This document shows, piece after piece, positions 35,293 through 44,265 of a stretch of 64,000 nt of DNA. Both the position numbers and the translations under genes were made by a program. Origin of the DNA: a virus; IMG/VR virus record IMGVR_UViG_3300018481_000020, positions 1 through 64,000 of that record; one strand, given 5' to 3'. The notes beneath the pieces are model-generated. The model ran no database searches, had not been told where the DNA came from, and saw only the letters and a program-made list of their open reading frames with translations. Position 1 is the stretch's first letter. Each line of letters opens with the position of its first letter.

Positions 35293-36794
35293 GCCAGATC
35301 GTACTGGGGCGAGGACCGCGCAGCGATGACGAACTGTACGAGCTGGTCAGGACGCTGTGGGGAAAGACCATCCCACGGCACAAGGTCTGCCCGGAGCACG
35401 ACGCCCCCTTCGACGCCTTCGCCGCTGCCTACTTCCGGCGGGGCTCCTCGATCCTGATCCACGGCTCGCGTGGCCTGTCCGGCAAGAGCGTGCTGATGTC
35501 CATCCTGGGACTCACCGTGGCAGCCGTGCGGGGCAGCGACGTGAACATCGTGGGTGGCTCCCTGAACCAGTCGATCAACATCCACAACACCATCAGGGAC
35601 GCTTGGGACTACGAGAACGCACCGAGCTACATGGTCAAGGAGGAGAGCGCGACCAAGATCCACCTGTACAACAAGGCGAAGATCATGCCGCTGACCGCCT
35701 CCCAGAAGTCCGTGCGTGGCCCGCACCCGCCGACCCTGCTGCTGGATGAGATCGACGAGATGGAGCTGCCGATCCTGGACGCGGCGCTGGGCCAGCCGCT
35801 GCCCCAGGAGAACTGGCAGGGCGAGATCATCCGCCCGCAGACCACGATGAGCTCGACCTGGCAGTACCCGGACAAGACCTTCTACACCGTCTACCAGCGG
35901 TTCCTGGAGAAGGGCGACCCGATCTACACCTGGTGCTACAAGGACACCTCCAACCCGATCGACGGCTGGCTGGACCAGGAGACGATCGATGAGAAGAAGC
36001 GGGACATCCCCGCTGAGATGTGGCGAGTCGAGTACGACCTGGGTGAGCCCTCGATCGGGAACCGTGCGATCGACTCCGAATCGGTGGAGCGGATGTTCTG
36101 CCTGGATCCCGAGCCGATCAAGAAGAAGGAGTCCAAGGACTACCTGGAGTACGAGTTCGAGAAGCCGAAGCAGGACGCCGAGTACGTGATCGGTGCGGAC
36201 TGGGCCCAGTCCCAGGACTTCACCGTGATCACCGTGGCCGATGTGACCCGGATGCCGATCAAGGTCGTCTACTGGCTCCGGGTGCGCCGGCAGCCCTACC
36301 CGGTGATGATCGGTCACTTCAACCGGCTGATGAAGGCCTACAACGCCGAGGGCATCCACGACGCCACCGGGCTGGGAGCGGTGGTCGCGGACTACGTGGA
36401 CCGGCGCGCACGGGGCTTCCAGATGGTCGGAGCCCAGCGGGACAACATGCTCAGCGAGTACATCTCCTCGGTGGAGAACGATCGCTGGAGGGTGCCTCGG
36501 GTGCCGATCTTCTACAAGCAGCACCTGTACGCCAGCGTGGAGATGATCTACGCACGCGGGAAGGAGTTCCACCTCCCCGACGAGATCTGTTCGATGGCAC
36601 TGGTCTGGCGGATGGTCAGCAAGCGGGCCATCGCTGCCCAGCCGGTGGTGATCGCCGGCACCAACGATCCGAGCTGGATCGAGAACGAGATGCAGCACAA
36701 CAAGGACGCCCAGCGGAAGCCCGGCAAGTGGGTCGTCGGCTCGGTGCAGAACAAGAGCCTGGAAGCGCCACCCGAGTTCGACCTGATGGTATGA
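35289..36794 (+). CDS. terL: terminase large subunit
   Basis: GSRGLSGKS (Walker A), LLLDEIDE (Walker B), IGADWAQSQDFTV, HDATG, PDEICS. Confidence 0.92.
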   Translation: MSQIVLGRGPRSDDELYELVRTLWGKTIPRHKVCPEHDAPFDAFAAAYFRRGSSILIHGSRGLSGKSVLMSILGLTVAAVRGSDVNIVGGSLNQSINIHNTIRDAWDYENAPSYMVKEESATKIHLYNKAKIMPLTASQKSVRGPHPPTLLLDEIDEMELPILDAALGQPLPQENWQGEIIRPQTTMSSTWQYPDKTFYTVYQRFLEKGDPIYTWCYKDTSNPIDGWLDQETIDEKKRDIPAEMWRVEYDLGEPSIGNRAIDSESVERMFCLDPEPIKKKESKDYLEYEFEKPKQDAEYVIGADWAQSQDFTVITVADVTRMPIKVVYWLRVRRQPYPVMIGHFNRLMKAYNAEGIHDATGLGAVVADYVDRRARGFQMVGAQRDNMLSEYISSVENDRWRVPRVPIFYKQHLYASVEMIYARGKEFHLPDEICSMALVWRMVSKRAIAAQPVVIAGTNDPSWIENEMQHNKDAQRKPGKWVVGSVQNKSLEAPPEFDLMV

Positions 36795-36801
36795 GGTAGT
36801 T

Positions 36802-37380
36802 ATGACCAAAAATCTTAATGTGGGCGATGTGATCTGTACCCGCAGCGACAGTCCACAGAGCGCGTGGATCAGGTTCCAAGCCGCGATCATGGGCCGGCCG
36901 AACACCGTCAACCACGTGGCCATCTTCATGGGCCCTGGCTCAGACAATGTTGATCGGGTGATCGAGGCCCGACCAGGTGGAGTGGGCTGGCGTGATGCCG
37001 CCTCCTACCTGGAGGACTACTGGACCATCGACAACTCCGAGCAGCCGAAGACAGCACGCCATCGGGAGAAGATCGGCAAGGCTGCGCTCGCACTGCTGGG
37101 CACCCCGTACGACTGGGTCGGGATCGGGCAGAACGCGATGGAGGCGATCCATGCCCCGGACATCTACCGGAGCAAGCGTTGGAAGAACGGGAAGTCCCCG
37201 GACCACGTGGTCTGCAGCTCGTTGGCTGACTGGGTCTACGCCGAGGCCGGCCTGGCCAACCCGGGCAAGACCGGACGGGGCGACGCACTCACCACCCCAG
37301 GGGACTGGGCCGAGTTCATCGTGACCAAGGCCTGGGAGCGGTTCGAGCGCCCTCGCGGAGTGACACCGTCCGGAGAATGA
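36802..37380 (+). CDS. permuted papain-like NlpC/P60 (YiiX/YaeF-type) enzyme
   Basis: GDVI...NHVAIF...IEA...GTPYDW...VVCSSL...TPGD. Confidence 0.85.
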   Translation: MTKNLNVGDVICTRSDSPQSAWIRFQAAIMGRPNTVNHVAIFMGPGSDNVDRVIEARPGGVGWRDAASYLEDYWTIDNSEQPKTARHREKIGKAALALLGTPYDWVGIGQNAMEAIHAPDIYRSKRWKNGKSPDHVVCSSLADWVYAEAGLANPGKTGRGDALTTPGDWAEFIVTKAWERFERPRGVTPSGE

Positions 37381-37384
37381 AGTC

Positions 37385-37753
37385 ATGGCAGGGATCTCAT
37401 TAGCACCAGCAGTGCTGGACGTGTCTGGGATCAGAGCCGGCGACCGGAACATGTTCCAGCTCACAATCCGGACCAGCGGTACCGCCTTGAACCTGACTGG
37501 ATACGAGATCACCGCTCAGGCTCGCACCACGGCTTCCGCTCCAGCTCACCTCGATGCCGTGGTGACCATCACCAACGAGACCGGTGGGGTTTGTCTGGTC
37601 CGGTGGCCAGGCGAGGCCGTGCGTACCTGGCTGGGCGGGCAGAACTCCGTCAATGGCGTCTGGGATCTCCAGCTGCTCGATTCGGCTGGGAACGATCCCT
37701 GGACGGTACTGACCGGGAGCTTCAAGGCCGAGATGGATGTCACCCATGAGTGA
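37385..37753 (+). CDS. virion structural protein (Ig/BppU-like)
   Basis: AGD...NLTGY.ITAQAR...GVWDLQL...DVT. Confidence 0.7.
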   Translation: MAGISLAPAVLDVSGIRAGDRNMFQLTIRTSGTALNLTGYEITAQARTTASAPAHLDAVVTITNETGGVCLVRWPGEAVRTWLGGQNSVNGVWDLQLLDSAGNDPWTVLTGSFKAEMDVTHE

Positions 37754-38039
37754 GTACGTAGAGATCACCATAGATCTGAACAACTCCCCGGCGGTCACGA
37801 TCCCCGGCGCTTCCGCCGATATCACCTTCACCGCGCCGACACCATCAGTCACTGTGCAGGCCGAGGCCCCTGCGATCACCGTGGGTGTTCCCGGACCTGC
37901 CGGTCCCGGGATGGCAGTGGTGCATCATGGGACAAATCCCAACGTAGCCCGACCTGCAGCCCCCTGGGTGCTCTGGTTGGGCACCGCCACTCCCGCCAAC
38001 GCCCTCGCCTGGGATGCGTGGGAGACCGAGAACATCTAG
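37746..38039 (+). CDS. small structural protein
   Basis: Short collagen GVPGPAGPG; ARP...W.G...P.NA...D.W. Confidence 0.65.
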   Translation: MSEYVEITIDLNNSPAVTIPGASADITFTAPTPSVTVQAEAPAITVGVPGPAGPGMAVVHHGTNPNVARPAAPWVLWLGTATPANALAWDAWETENI

Positions 38040-38047
38040 GAGATCTG

Positions 38048-38269
38048 ATGGAAGCCGAACGACCAGTCCGTGGATGCGACATTTGTGGCATCTCGGATGA
38101 CCACCCTCGTCACGTCATCGGCACGGCCGACGGCGGAACTTCGATGCGGCACATGGACTGCTGCCGCGAGGCGGGATGCCCCGATGGCACCTGCGATGTG
38201 GTCACCAAGGGAGCCTTTGATCTTCGTGGTGACGAGCTGGTGCAGCACCTGACAACGAGGAGTGAATGA
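38048..38269 (+). CDS. small Cys/His-rich protein
   Basis: CDIC...DDHPRH...HMDCC...CPDGTC. Confidence 0.7.
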   Translation: MEAERPVRGCDICGISDDHPRHVIGTADGGTSMRHMDCCREAGCPDGTCDVVTKGAFDLRGDELVQHLTTRSE

Positions 38270-38270
38270 G

Positions 38271-38669
38271 ATGGCACTAGACCAGACCCGGGCGAACGAG
38301 ATCCTGACCTGGATGCACGGCGGTGCCGCTCCCACGGCACTGACCGGTCCGATCCGGGTTCGACAGATGACCGCGAACGGCACCGCGACGGCCAACGGAA
38401 CCGAGGTCGCCACTGGTGGTGGCTATACCTCCGGCGTCGGTGCGCCCTCGGTGACCTACGGGGCGGCTGCGACCGGCACCCAGGCCACCAACGCGGCGAT
38501 CAACATCACCAACTACCCCAGGGTAGAGACGGTGAACGGCGTCGAGATCTGGGACTCCGGCGGTACCCCGAAGCGGGTGGAGTGGGGAGCCCTGGCCTCG
38601 CCCAAGACGATGGCCATCGGTGACACCCTGTCCTACGCCTCGGGAGCCATCACCTCCGCGCTGGCCTGA
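38271..38669 (+). CDS. fibre/appendage subunit-like structural protein
   Basis: T/G/A-rich beta protein (GTEV..GGY...IWDS...GDTLS). Confidence 0.65.
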   Translation: MALDQTRANEILTWMHGGAAPTALTGPIRVRQMTANGTATANGTEVATGGGYTSGVGAPSVTYGAAATGTQATNAAINITNYPRVETVNGVEIWDSGGTPKRVEWGALASPKTMAIGDTLSYASGAITSALA

Positions 38670-38695
38670 TCCGCACCCCGAGAAAGGGGTGAGCG

Positions 38696-41197
38696 ATGGC
38701 TGTCGCGTTCGTCCGTAGCCACGGCAACTCGTTCATCAAGGTCAACGGCGGCACTGTCTACCTCACCACGTCGCTGGTCCCTGCGGGCAGCCTGCTGGTC
38801 ATGGCTATGGTGCACGACAACACAGCGACTGCCAACAGCCCGACCGCCTCGATCATCTCCAAGGGTGCGGGCGAGACCAACTCGTGGGTGCTCCTCGGGC
38901 GGGCCACCTATCCAAATGCCGGTACTGCTGGTGCGTTCGCCAGCGGTGAGTTGTGGGTGATCAAGACCACGGTGGACTGGGCCAGCGGCACCTCGCTGAG
39001 CTGCCAGTACACCCCCACGAACACGATGAAGGCCCAGAACCTCCTGGAGTTCTCCGGGGCCGAGGCGACGGTGCGTGGCACAGTCGGGACGGCTTACTCC
39101 ACCACGACTACAGCGGCCAACGCATCGACCTCCTCCAGCACTGCTGTGATCGGTGATCTAGCCCTTGGACTTCTCTTCGGTTCCAATGTCGCGGCTGCCC
39201 AAGCCGGGAGCACTCACGCTCTCGGCGGTACGTGGAGTACTCCCATTGGGGTCGGGTCCACGGGCGGCAACGTAGCCACCAACAACTTCGGCGTCGCCCA
39301 GTACAAGACGATGAACGCCGCCGCTTTCGCGTCGATGGTCAACTCGGCAGCGATGACGGCGGGCAACGGCTCCATTTGTGCGATCTTGCAACCTGCTCTC
39401 GTTACCCAGCAGGCCACGGCATCGTTGGTCGCCACCTCCACCTTGGAGGCCGCCGGCTTCCAGCAGACACAGGCGACCGCAGCCCTGGTAGCCACCTCGA
39501 CACTGACTGCCACTGCTACGCGCACGGCTGCGGGCGTAACCAGCTACCGCGTGCTGGATGAGTTCACGCCGCCCGACAACAACTTCACTGATACTGCACC
39601 GATCACGGTCAGCATGGAGTTCTACGTCGATGCAGACGGATGCACGGCGACAAAGGCGTACTTCGACCGTTCGACTGCCTTTGCCTCCGACACATGGACG
39701 ATGAAGTTGTGGCAGGTGGATAGCCCCACTACGGGCACAGTGCTCGCCACGAAGGCGCTCACCTATGACGCAGCCACTCCGGCTGGCTGGGTAGCAGTCA
39801 CCTTCGACAGCCCGGTCCCGCTGACGGCCAACCAGCGATACCGGGTTTCCGGGACACCGGCTTCTGAGAACTACGCTGCGACCGGGGGTTGGTGGACGGG
39901 TACTGGACCGGGTGCTGCGGGGATAGACGACGGACCACTGCACGCACCGCCGTCCGGCACTCCGGGGCAGGGCCAGTTCGTCTACTCGACCAATGGCTTC
40001 ACGGTCGAGTCCTTCAACGGCGGCAACTACTGGGTTGATATCGAGGTCAGTGCTCCCGGTGCCGGTGGCCCGGTCACCCAGCAAGCTACTGCTGCCCTGG
40101 TCGCGACCTCGACCCTGACTGCGACGGCTGTTCGTCAGCCGCAAGCCGCTGCCAGTCTGACCGCCACCTCGACCTTGACCACTACGGCTGTTCGGGTGCC
40201 CCAGGCGACCGCTGCCCTGGTTGCGACCTCGACGCTGACCACCACCGGCGTGCGCGTACCACAGGCTGCCGTCAGTCTTATCGCCACTTCCACACTGGCT
40301 GCCACCAGTGTGGTCACTCGGTTCGCAGCTGCCGCTCTGACGGCTGCCTCGACGTTTGGTGCGGCTGGTGTGCGGGAGCCCCAGGCAGCGGTACCGCTGG
40401 TGGCTACCTCCACTCTGACCGTCACAGCACTGCGGACCGTGCCGGCAAGTGCTGCTCTCACCGCTACCTCGACGTTGACCAGCGAAGCGGTCGGAGTCGG
40501 TGTCGTCTCAGCAAGTGCTTCGCTGACTGCGGTCTCCACGCTGACCGCCGGCGCTGTTCGGGAACCACAAGCAGCAGCCTCCCTGGTCAGCACCTCCACG
40601 CTGAGCGTCACCGGTACCCGGACCCAGCTGGCGACCGCCGCCCTGACTGCCTCCTCGACCCTGGCTGCGTCGGCAGTACGGGTACCCCAAGCCGCTGCCA
40701 GCCTTACTGCCACCTCCACCCTCACCGTCACAGCGGTGCGCGTGGTTGTTGCCTCGGCACCCCTGAGCGCTACCTCTACGCTGGCCTCGGCAGCGGTAGG
40801 CATCGGCATCGTCCAGGCCACGGCCACCCTGAGCGCCACCTCGACCCTGAGTGTGACCGGTACTCGGGTTCCTCAAGCAGCAGCCTCACTGGTCGCCACC
40901 TCGACACTGACCACCATCGGCGTGCGGGTATCTGGGGCGACAGTGGTCCTGAGCGCCACCTCCACACTGACCGTCACGGGTGTACGGGTAGCCCAGGCGA
41001 CGGTCGCTCTGAGTGCCACCTCGACACTGAGCATCGCTGGCGTCCGGGTGCCACAGGCCGCCGCATCACTGGTGGCTGCTTCGGTCCTGTCTACTACCGG
41101 GACTGTCTCCGTCATGGGGACTATCCGGAACCTCAGTGGGGCTGCCATCCAGGTCAGACATCCAGATGCGAGCTGGCATGCCCTCACTCCTGTCTGA
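38696..41197 (+). CDS. fibre protein with DUF4082-like domain and 20-aa repeats
   Basis: GWVAVTFDSPVPLTANQRY...NYWVDIEV; AxLxATSTL repeats. Confidence 0.75.
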   Translation: MAVAFVRSHGNSFIKVNGGTVYLTTSLVPAGSLLVMAMVHDNTATANSPTASIISKGAGETNSWVLLGRATYPNAGTAGAFASGELWVIKTTVDWASGTSLSCQYTPTNTMKAQNLLEFSGAEATVRGTVGTAYSTTTTAANASTSSSTAVIGDLALGLLFGSNVAAAQAGSTHALGGTWSTPIGVGSTGGNVATNNFGVAQYKTMNAAAFASMVNSAAMTAGNGSICAILQPALVTQQATASLVATSTLEAAGFQQTQATAALVATSTLTATATRTAAGVTSYRVLDEFTPPDNNFTDTAPITVSMEFYVDADGCTATKAYFDRSTAFASDTWTMKLWQVDSPTTGTVLATKALTYDAATPAGWVAVTFDSPVPLTANQRYRVSGTPASENYAATGGWWTGTGPGAAGIDDGPLHAPPSGTPGQGQFVYSTNGFTVESFNGGNYWVDIEVSAPGAGGPVTQQATAALVATSTLTATAVRQPQAAASLTATSTLTTTAVRVPQATAALVATSTLTTTGVRVPQAAVSLIATSTLAATSVVTRFAAAALTAASTFGAAGVREPQAAVPLVATSTLTVTALRTVPASAALTATSTLTSEAVGVGVVSASASLTAVSTLTAGAVREPQAAASLVSTSTLSVTGTRTQLATAALTASSTLAASAVRVPQAAASLTATSTLTVTAVRVVVASAPLSATSTLASAAVGIGIVQATATLSATSTLSVTGTRVPQAAASLVATSTLTTIGVRVSGATVVLSATSTLTVTGVRVAQATVALSATSTLSIAGVRVPQAAASLVAASVLSTTGTVSVMGTIRNLSGAAIQVRHPDASWHALTPV
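40075..41110 (+). repeat. about 17 tandem 60-66-bp coding repeats
   Basis: QAxAxLxATSTLxxxxVRxP units. Confidence 0.85.
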
Positions 41198-41230
41198 GTC
41201 GCGGAGTGACATTGCCGGGAGACTGGAGGC

Positions 41231-42115
41231 ATGAGGAGTGCGTTCGGAGTCGAGCATGTGGTGGCTGCGCCAGTCTCGAAGTCGCTCAGTGGCGGAGTCT
41301 TCAAGCCGGCCTCGAAGCTGAGCCAGGCTGAGCGCAAGACGGTGGGTGGCTACCGGAAGGCCAAGGGTGTCACCACCAGTGACGCGGAGTGGGCCAGGAA
41401 CATGGGACAGGTCAAGCGACTCCACGACCAGCCCCATCCGGGAATGAGACACACCAAGACGGTGCACGGCAAGCAAGGAACCACTGAGCACTACAAGCAC
41501 AACAGTCGCTCCACCGTGGTGCCACCGGGAGCTGAGGGGTTCCATGTCCGTACCGGGGGCAAGAAGGGCACCTCCTACATCCACATGAAGGACAGCGCTG
41601 GCAAGAGCGTGACCAGGCACGAGGTGGCCCACTCCACCCCGAAACGCACCAGCTACCGGATGAAGCAGATCGTCGACAACCCGAAGAAGACGATGGCCGA
41701 GGAGGGCCGGGCGGACTACGTCGCCTCGGGGCACTACCTGAAGAAGAAGCCCCAGAGTGGCTATGCCCAATCAGCTCGGTACCGCAACGCCGAGGCACGT
41801 GGGGAGAAGAGCGCGAAGAGTGCCCGGAAGTATGGTGGCAAGCCAGCGCGTGGTCTCATGCGCGCAAGAAACGCACCATCTCGGTTCAAGGTGAAGCAAG
41901 CCAGTGGTTCGATGTCTCGAACGATGAACAAGCCAGTGGGTCGTCAGGAGATCGACGAGTACCGCCGGGTGCAGGACAAGATGCATGGCGGAGCTCCGAA
42001 GACTCCCGGGATGAGCACTCGCAAGAAGGTGGCCATCGGAGCCGGCACTACCGGTGTGGCCGGTGGCGGTACCTACGCTGTTTCGCGGAACAGGAAGAAG
42101 AGGTCGAATGGCTGA
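41231..42115 (+). CDS. SAFG-leader protein 1; basic, zincin-like HExxH motif
   Basis: MRSAFGVEH...VSK; RHEVAH...EEGRAD; C-terminal Gly zipper + RNRKKR. Confidence 0.75.
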   Translation: MRSAFGVEHVVAAPVSKSLSGGVFKPASKLSQAERKTVGGYRKAKGVTTSDAEWARNMGQVKRLHDQPHPGMRHTKTVHGKQGTTEHYKHNSRSTVVPPGAEGFHVRTGGKKGTSYIHMKDSAGKSVTRHEVAHSTPKRTSYRMKQIVDNPKKTMAEEGRADYVASGHYLKKKPQSGYAQSARYRNAEARGEKSAKSARKYGGKPARGLMRARNAPSRFKVKQASGSMSRTMNKPVGRQEIDEYRRVQDKMHGGAPKTPGMSTRKKVAIGAGTTGVAGGGTYAVSRNRKKRSNG

Positions 42116-43991
42116 CGTGCGGCTCCCTCAGGGCGACATCTCCACCTGGGACGAGGACAACGCAGGGGACGAGGTTCCACAGCGCACCAAGCCCATGGAC
42201 GAGCTGGGTGTCACCGGGGTCAAGCGTGTCTCTGGCTATGTCGATGAGGAGTTCTTGCCGGCGCTTCGGGGCCGCAAGGCGGTCCGGGTCTACCGGGAGA
42301 TGTCTGCCAACGACTCCATGGTCGGTGCGCTGCTGTTCAGTATCGACAAGCTGCTGCGCGAGGTGGAGTGGAAGGTGCTCCCCGCCGAGCAGTCTGATGA
42401 GGGAGTAGCCGCCCAGGAGTTCCTGGAGTCCTGCATGGACGACATGAACGAGCCGTGGGATGGGTTCATCGGTGAGGTGCTCTCGATGATGACCTATGGC
42501 TGGAGCTGGCACGAGATCGTCTACAAGCGCCGGATCGGTCCCTGGGAGAAGGATCCCCGCAAGCGCAGCAAGTACCAGGACGGGCTGATCGGGTGGCGCA
42601 AGATGCCGATCCGGGCCCAGGAGACATTAATGCGCTGGTCCTTCGACGAGACCGGTGGGGTGAAGGCGATGATCCAGATGGCCCCGCCCCGGTACCAGAC
42701 AACGGTGATCCCGATCGAGAAGTCGATCCTGTTCCGGACCGCGATCGCCAAGGGCAACCCCGAAGGCGTCTCGCTGCTGCGTACCGCCTATCGCGCCTGG
42801 TACTTCAAGAAGCGTCTGGAGGAGTTCGAGGCGATCGGTGTCGAGCGCGACCTGGCCGGGATGCCGGTGGCCAAGGTGCCGGCGGACTACCTGACCGCAG
42901 CCAAGGGCACGCCCCAGGCCAAGACGGTGGATGCCTACCGGAAGATGGTCCGTGGGGTGCGGCGGGACGAGAACGAAGGACTGGTGCTCCCGAACCAGTA
43001 CGACCCGGACACCAAGCAGCCACTGTTCGAGTTCGAGCTGATGAGCTCGGGAGGAACCCGGCAGTTCGACACGAACTCGATCATCCAGCGCTACGAGCAG
43101 CGGATCCTGATGAGCGTGCTGGCCGACTTCATCCTGGTCGGGCACGAGTCAACCGGCTCCTACTCGTTGCACACTGACAAGACCGGGATCTTCCGGGCAG
43201 CCCTGAACTCCCTCGTCAAGTCCATCGCGGACACCTTGAACAGGTATGCAGTGCCTCGGCTATTCGCCCTGAACGGCTGGAAGCTCGACGAGCTGCCCAG
43301 GTTCGAGCCCACCAACGTGGACCCGCCCGATCTGACCCAGCTGGCCTCGTTCATCTCGGCCACCGCTGGTTCGGGGATGCAGTGGTTCCCGGACCCGGAG
43401 CTGGAGAAGTACGTGCGCGAGATCGCGCGCCTGCCGGAGATGACGGATGAGGATGTGGACTACAAGCGTCAGATGCGCCAGCAGGAGCAGGCGATGGAGT
43501 TCGCTGGCTCCCAGATGGAGCTGCTCGGGATGAAGCAGAAGGCCGAGATGACCGCTCAGGGATACACGCCGGAGCAGGCCGAGATGGCCGCTGCCTCACC
43601 GACACCGGAGATGGCTGCCCAGGAGGCTGAGCAGGCTCAGATGATGAACCAGCCGCCCCCGGAGGATCCGGCCGAGGGAGCTCGGCACAGCCGAGACCTG
43701 GAGCGGATGACCACCGAGGAGAAGATCGCGGAGAAGACCCATGCTCGGGAGAAGGAGAAGCTGCGGCTCCAGGACACCATGTCCAACCGAGACCACGGTA
43801 GGACCAAGGAGCAGATGCGCCTGAAGGACCGCTCGGCGGCCCAGAATGCGAAACTGACCTCACAGACCCTGAAGGACAAGGCCAAGTACAGCCGGCCCAG
43901 CCAGGGACCTGCGAAGCCACCTGCAAAGAAGCCTCCTGCGAAGAAGTCCAACGTGGCCGCGAAGAAGCCACCACCGAAGAAGAAGAGGTAG
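42108..43991 (+). CDS. portal protein
   Basis: Position in the head module; YREM..ND..V; YGWSWHEIVYK; NPEG.SLLR.AY..W. Confidence 0.9.
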   Translation: MADVRLPQGDISTWDEDNAGDEVPQRTKPMDELGVTGVKRVSGYVDEEFLPALRGRKAVRVYREMSANDSMVGALLFSIDKLLREVEWKVLPAEQSDEGVAAQEFLESCMDDMNEPWDGFIGEVLSMMTYGWSWHEIVYKRRIGPWEKDPRKRSKYQDGLIGWRKMPIRAQETLMRWSFDETGGVKAMIQMAPPRYQTTVIPIEKSILFRTAIAKGNPEGVSLLRTAYRAWYFKKRLEEFEAIGVERDLAGMPVAKVPADYLTAAKGTPQAKTVDAYRKMVRGVRRDENEGLVLPNQYDPDTKQPLFEFELMSSGGTRQFDTNSIIQRYEQRILMSVLADFILVGHESTGSYSLHTDKTGIFRAALNSLVKSIADTLNRYAVPRLFALNGWKLDELPRFEPTNVDPPDLTQLASFISATAGSGMQWFPDPELEKYVREIARLPEMTDEDVDYKRQMRQQEQAMEFAGSQMELLGMKQKAEMTAQGYTPEQAEMAAASPTPEMAAQEAEQAQMMNQPPPEDPAEGARHSRDLERMTTEEKIAEKTHAREKEKLRLQDTMSNRDHGRTKEQMRLKDRSAAQNAKLTSQTLKDKAKYSRPSQGPAKPPAKKPPAKKSNVAAKKPPPKKKR

Positions 43992-43993
43992 TC

Positions 43994-44263
43994 ATGTACA
44001 GCGCATTCGGTGTAGATCATGGAGTGGTATCCACGACGACAGTCTCCAAGGGCCTCAACCCGTTCAAGGCGTTCGTGGGAGCGAAGAAGGCCAAGCCGGC
44101 GGCTCAGTTCAAGCCCGTCAATCCCGGAATCAATCCTGGGTTCGGAACTCGAAAGATCGCTCCCGGTGGACCAGTGCAGCGTGGATCCAGTGGTGGCTCG
44201 AACGCCATGGAGGACCAGCGGAAGACCGCTCTAGCTGCGGTACAGAAGCCACGGAAGGTGTAG
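43994..44263 (+). CDS. SAFG-leader protein 2 (89 aa, basic)
   Basis: MYSAFGVDHGVVSTTTVSK. Confidence 0.8.
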   Translation: MYSAFGVDHGVVSTTTVSKGLNPFKAFVGAKKAKPAAQFKPVNPGINPGFGTRKIAPGGPVQRGSSGGSNAMEDQRKTALAAVQKPRKV

Positions 44264-44265
44264 CC

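Noticed and set aside
35199-36947. 582-aa minus-strand ORF, and similar long antisense ORFs (e.g. 21236-22495, 32773-33870, 53287-54462)
   Set aside because: Shadow frames of high-GC genes on the opposite strand; no motifs or RBS, and they lie opposite clear genes.
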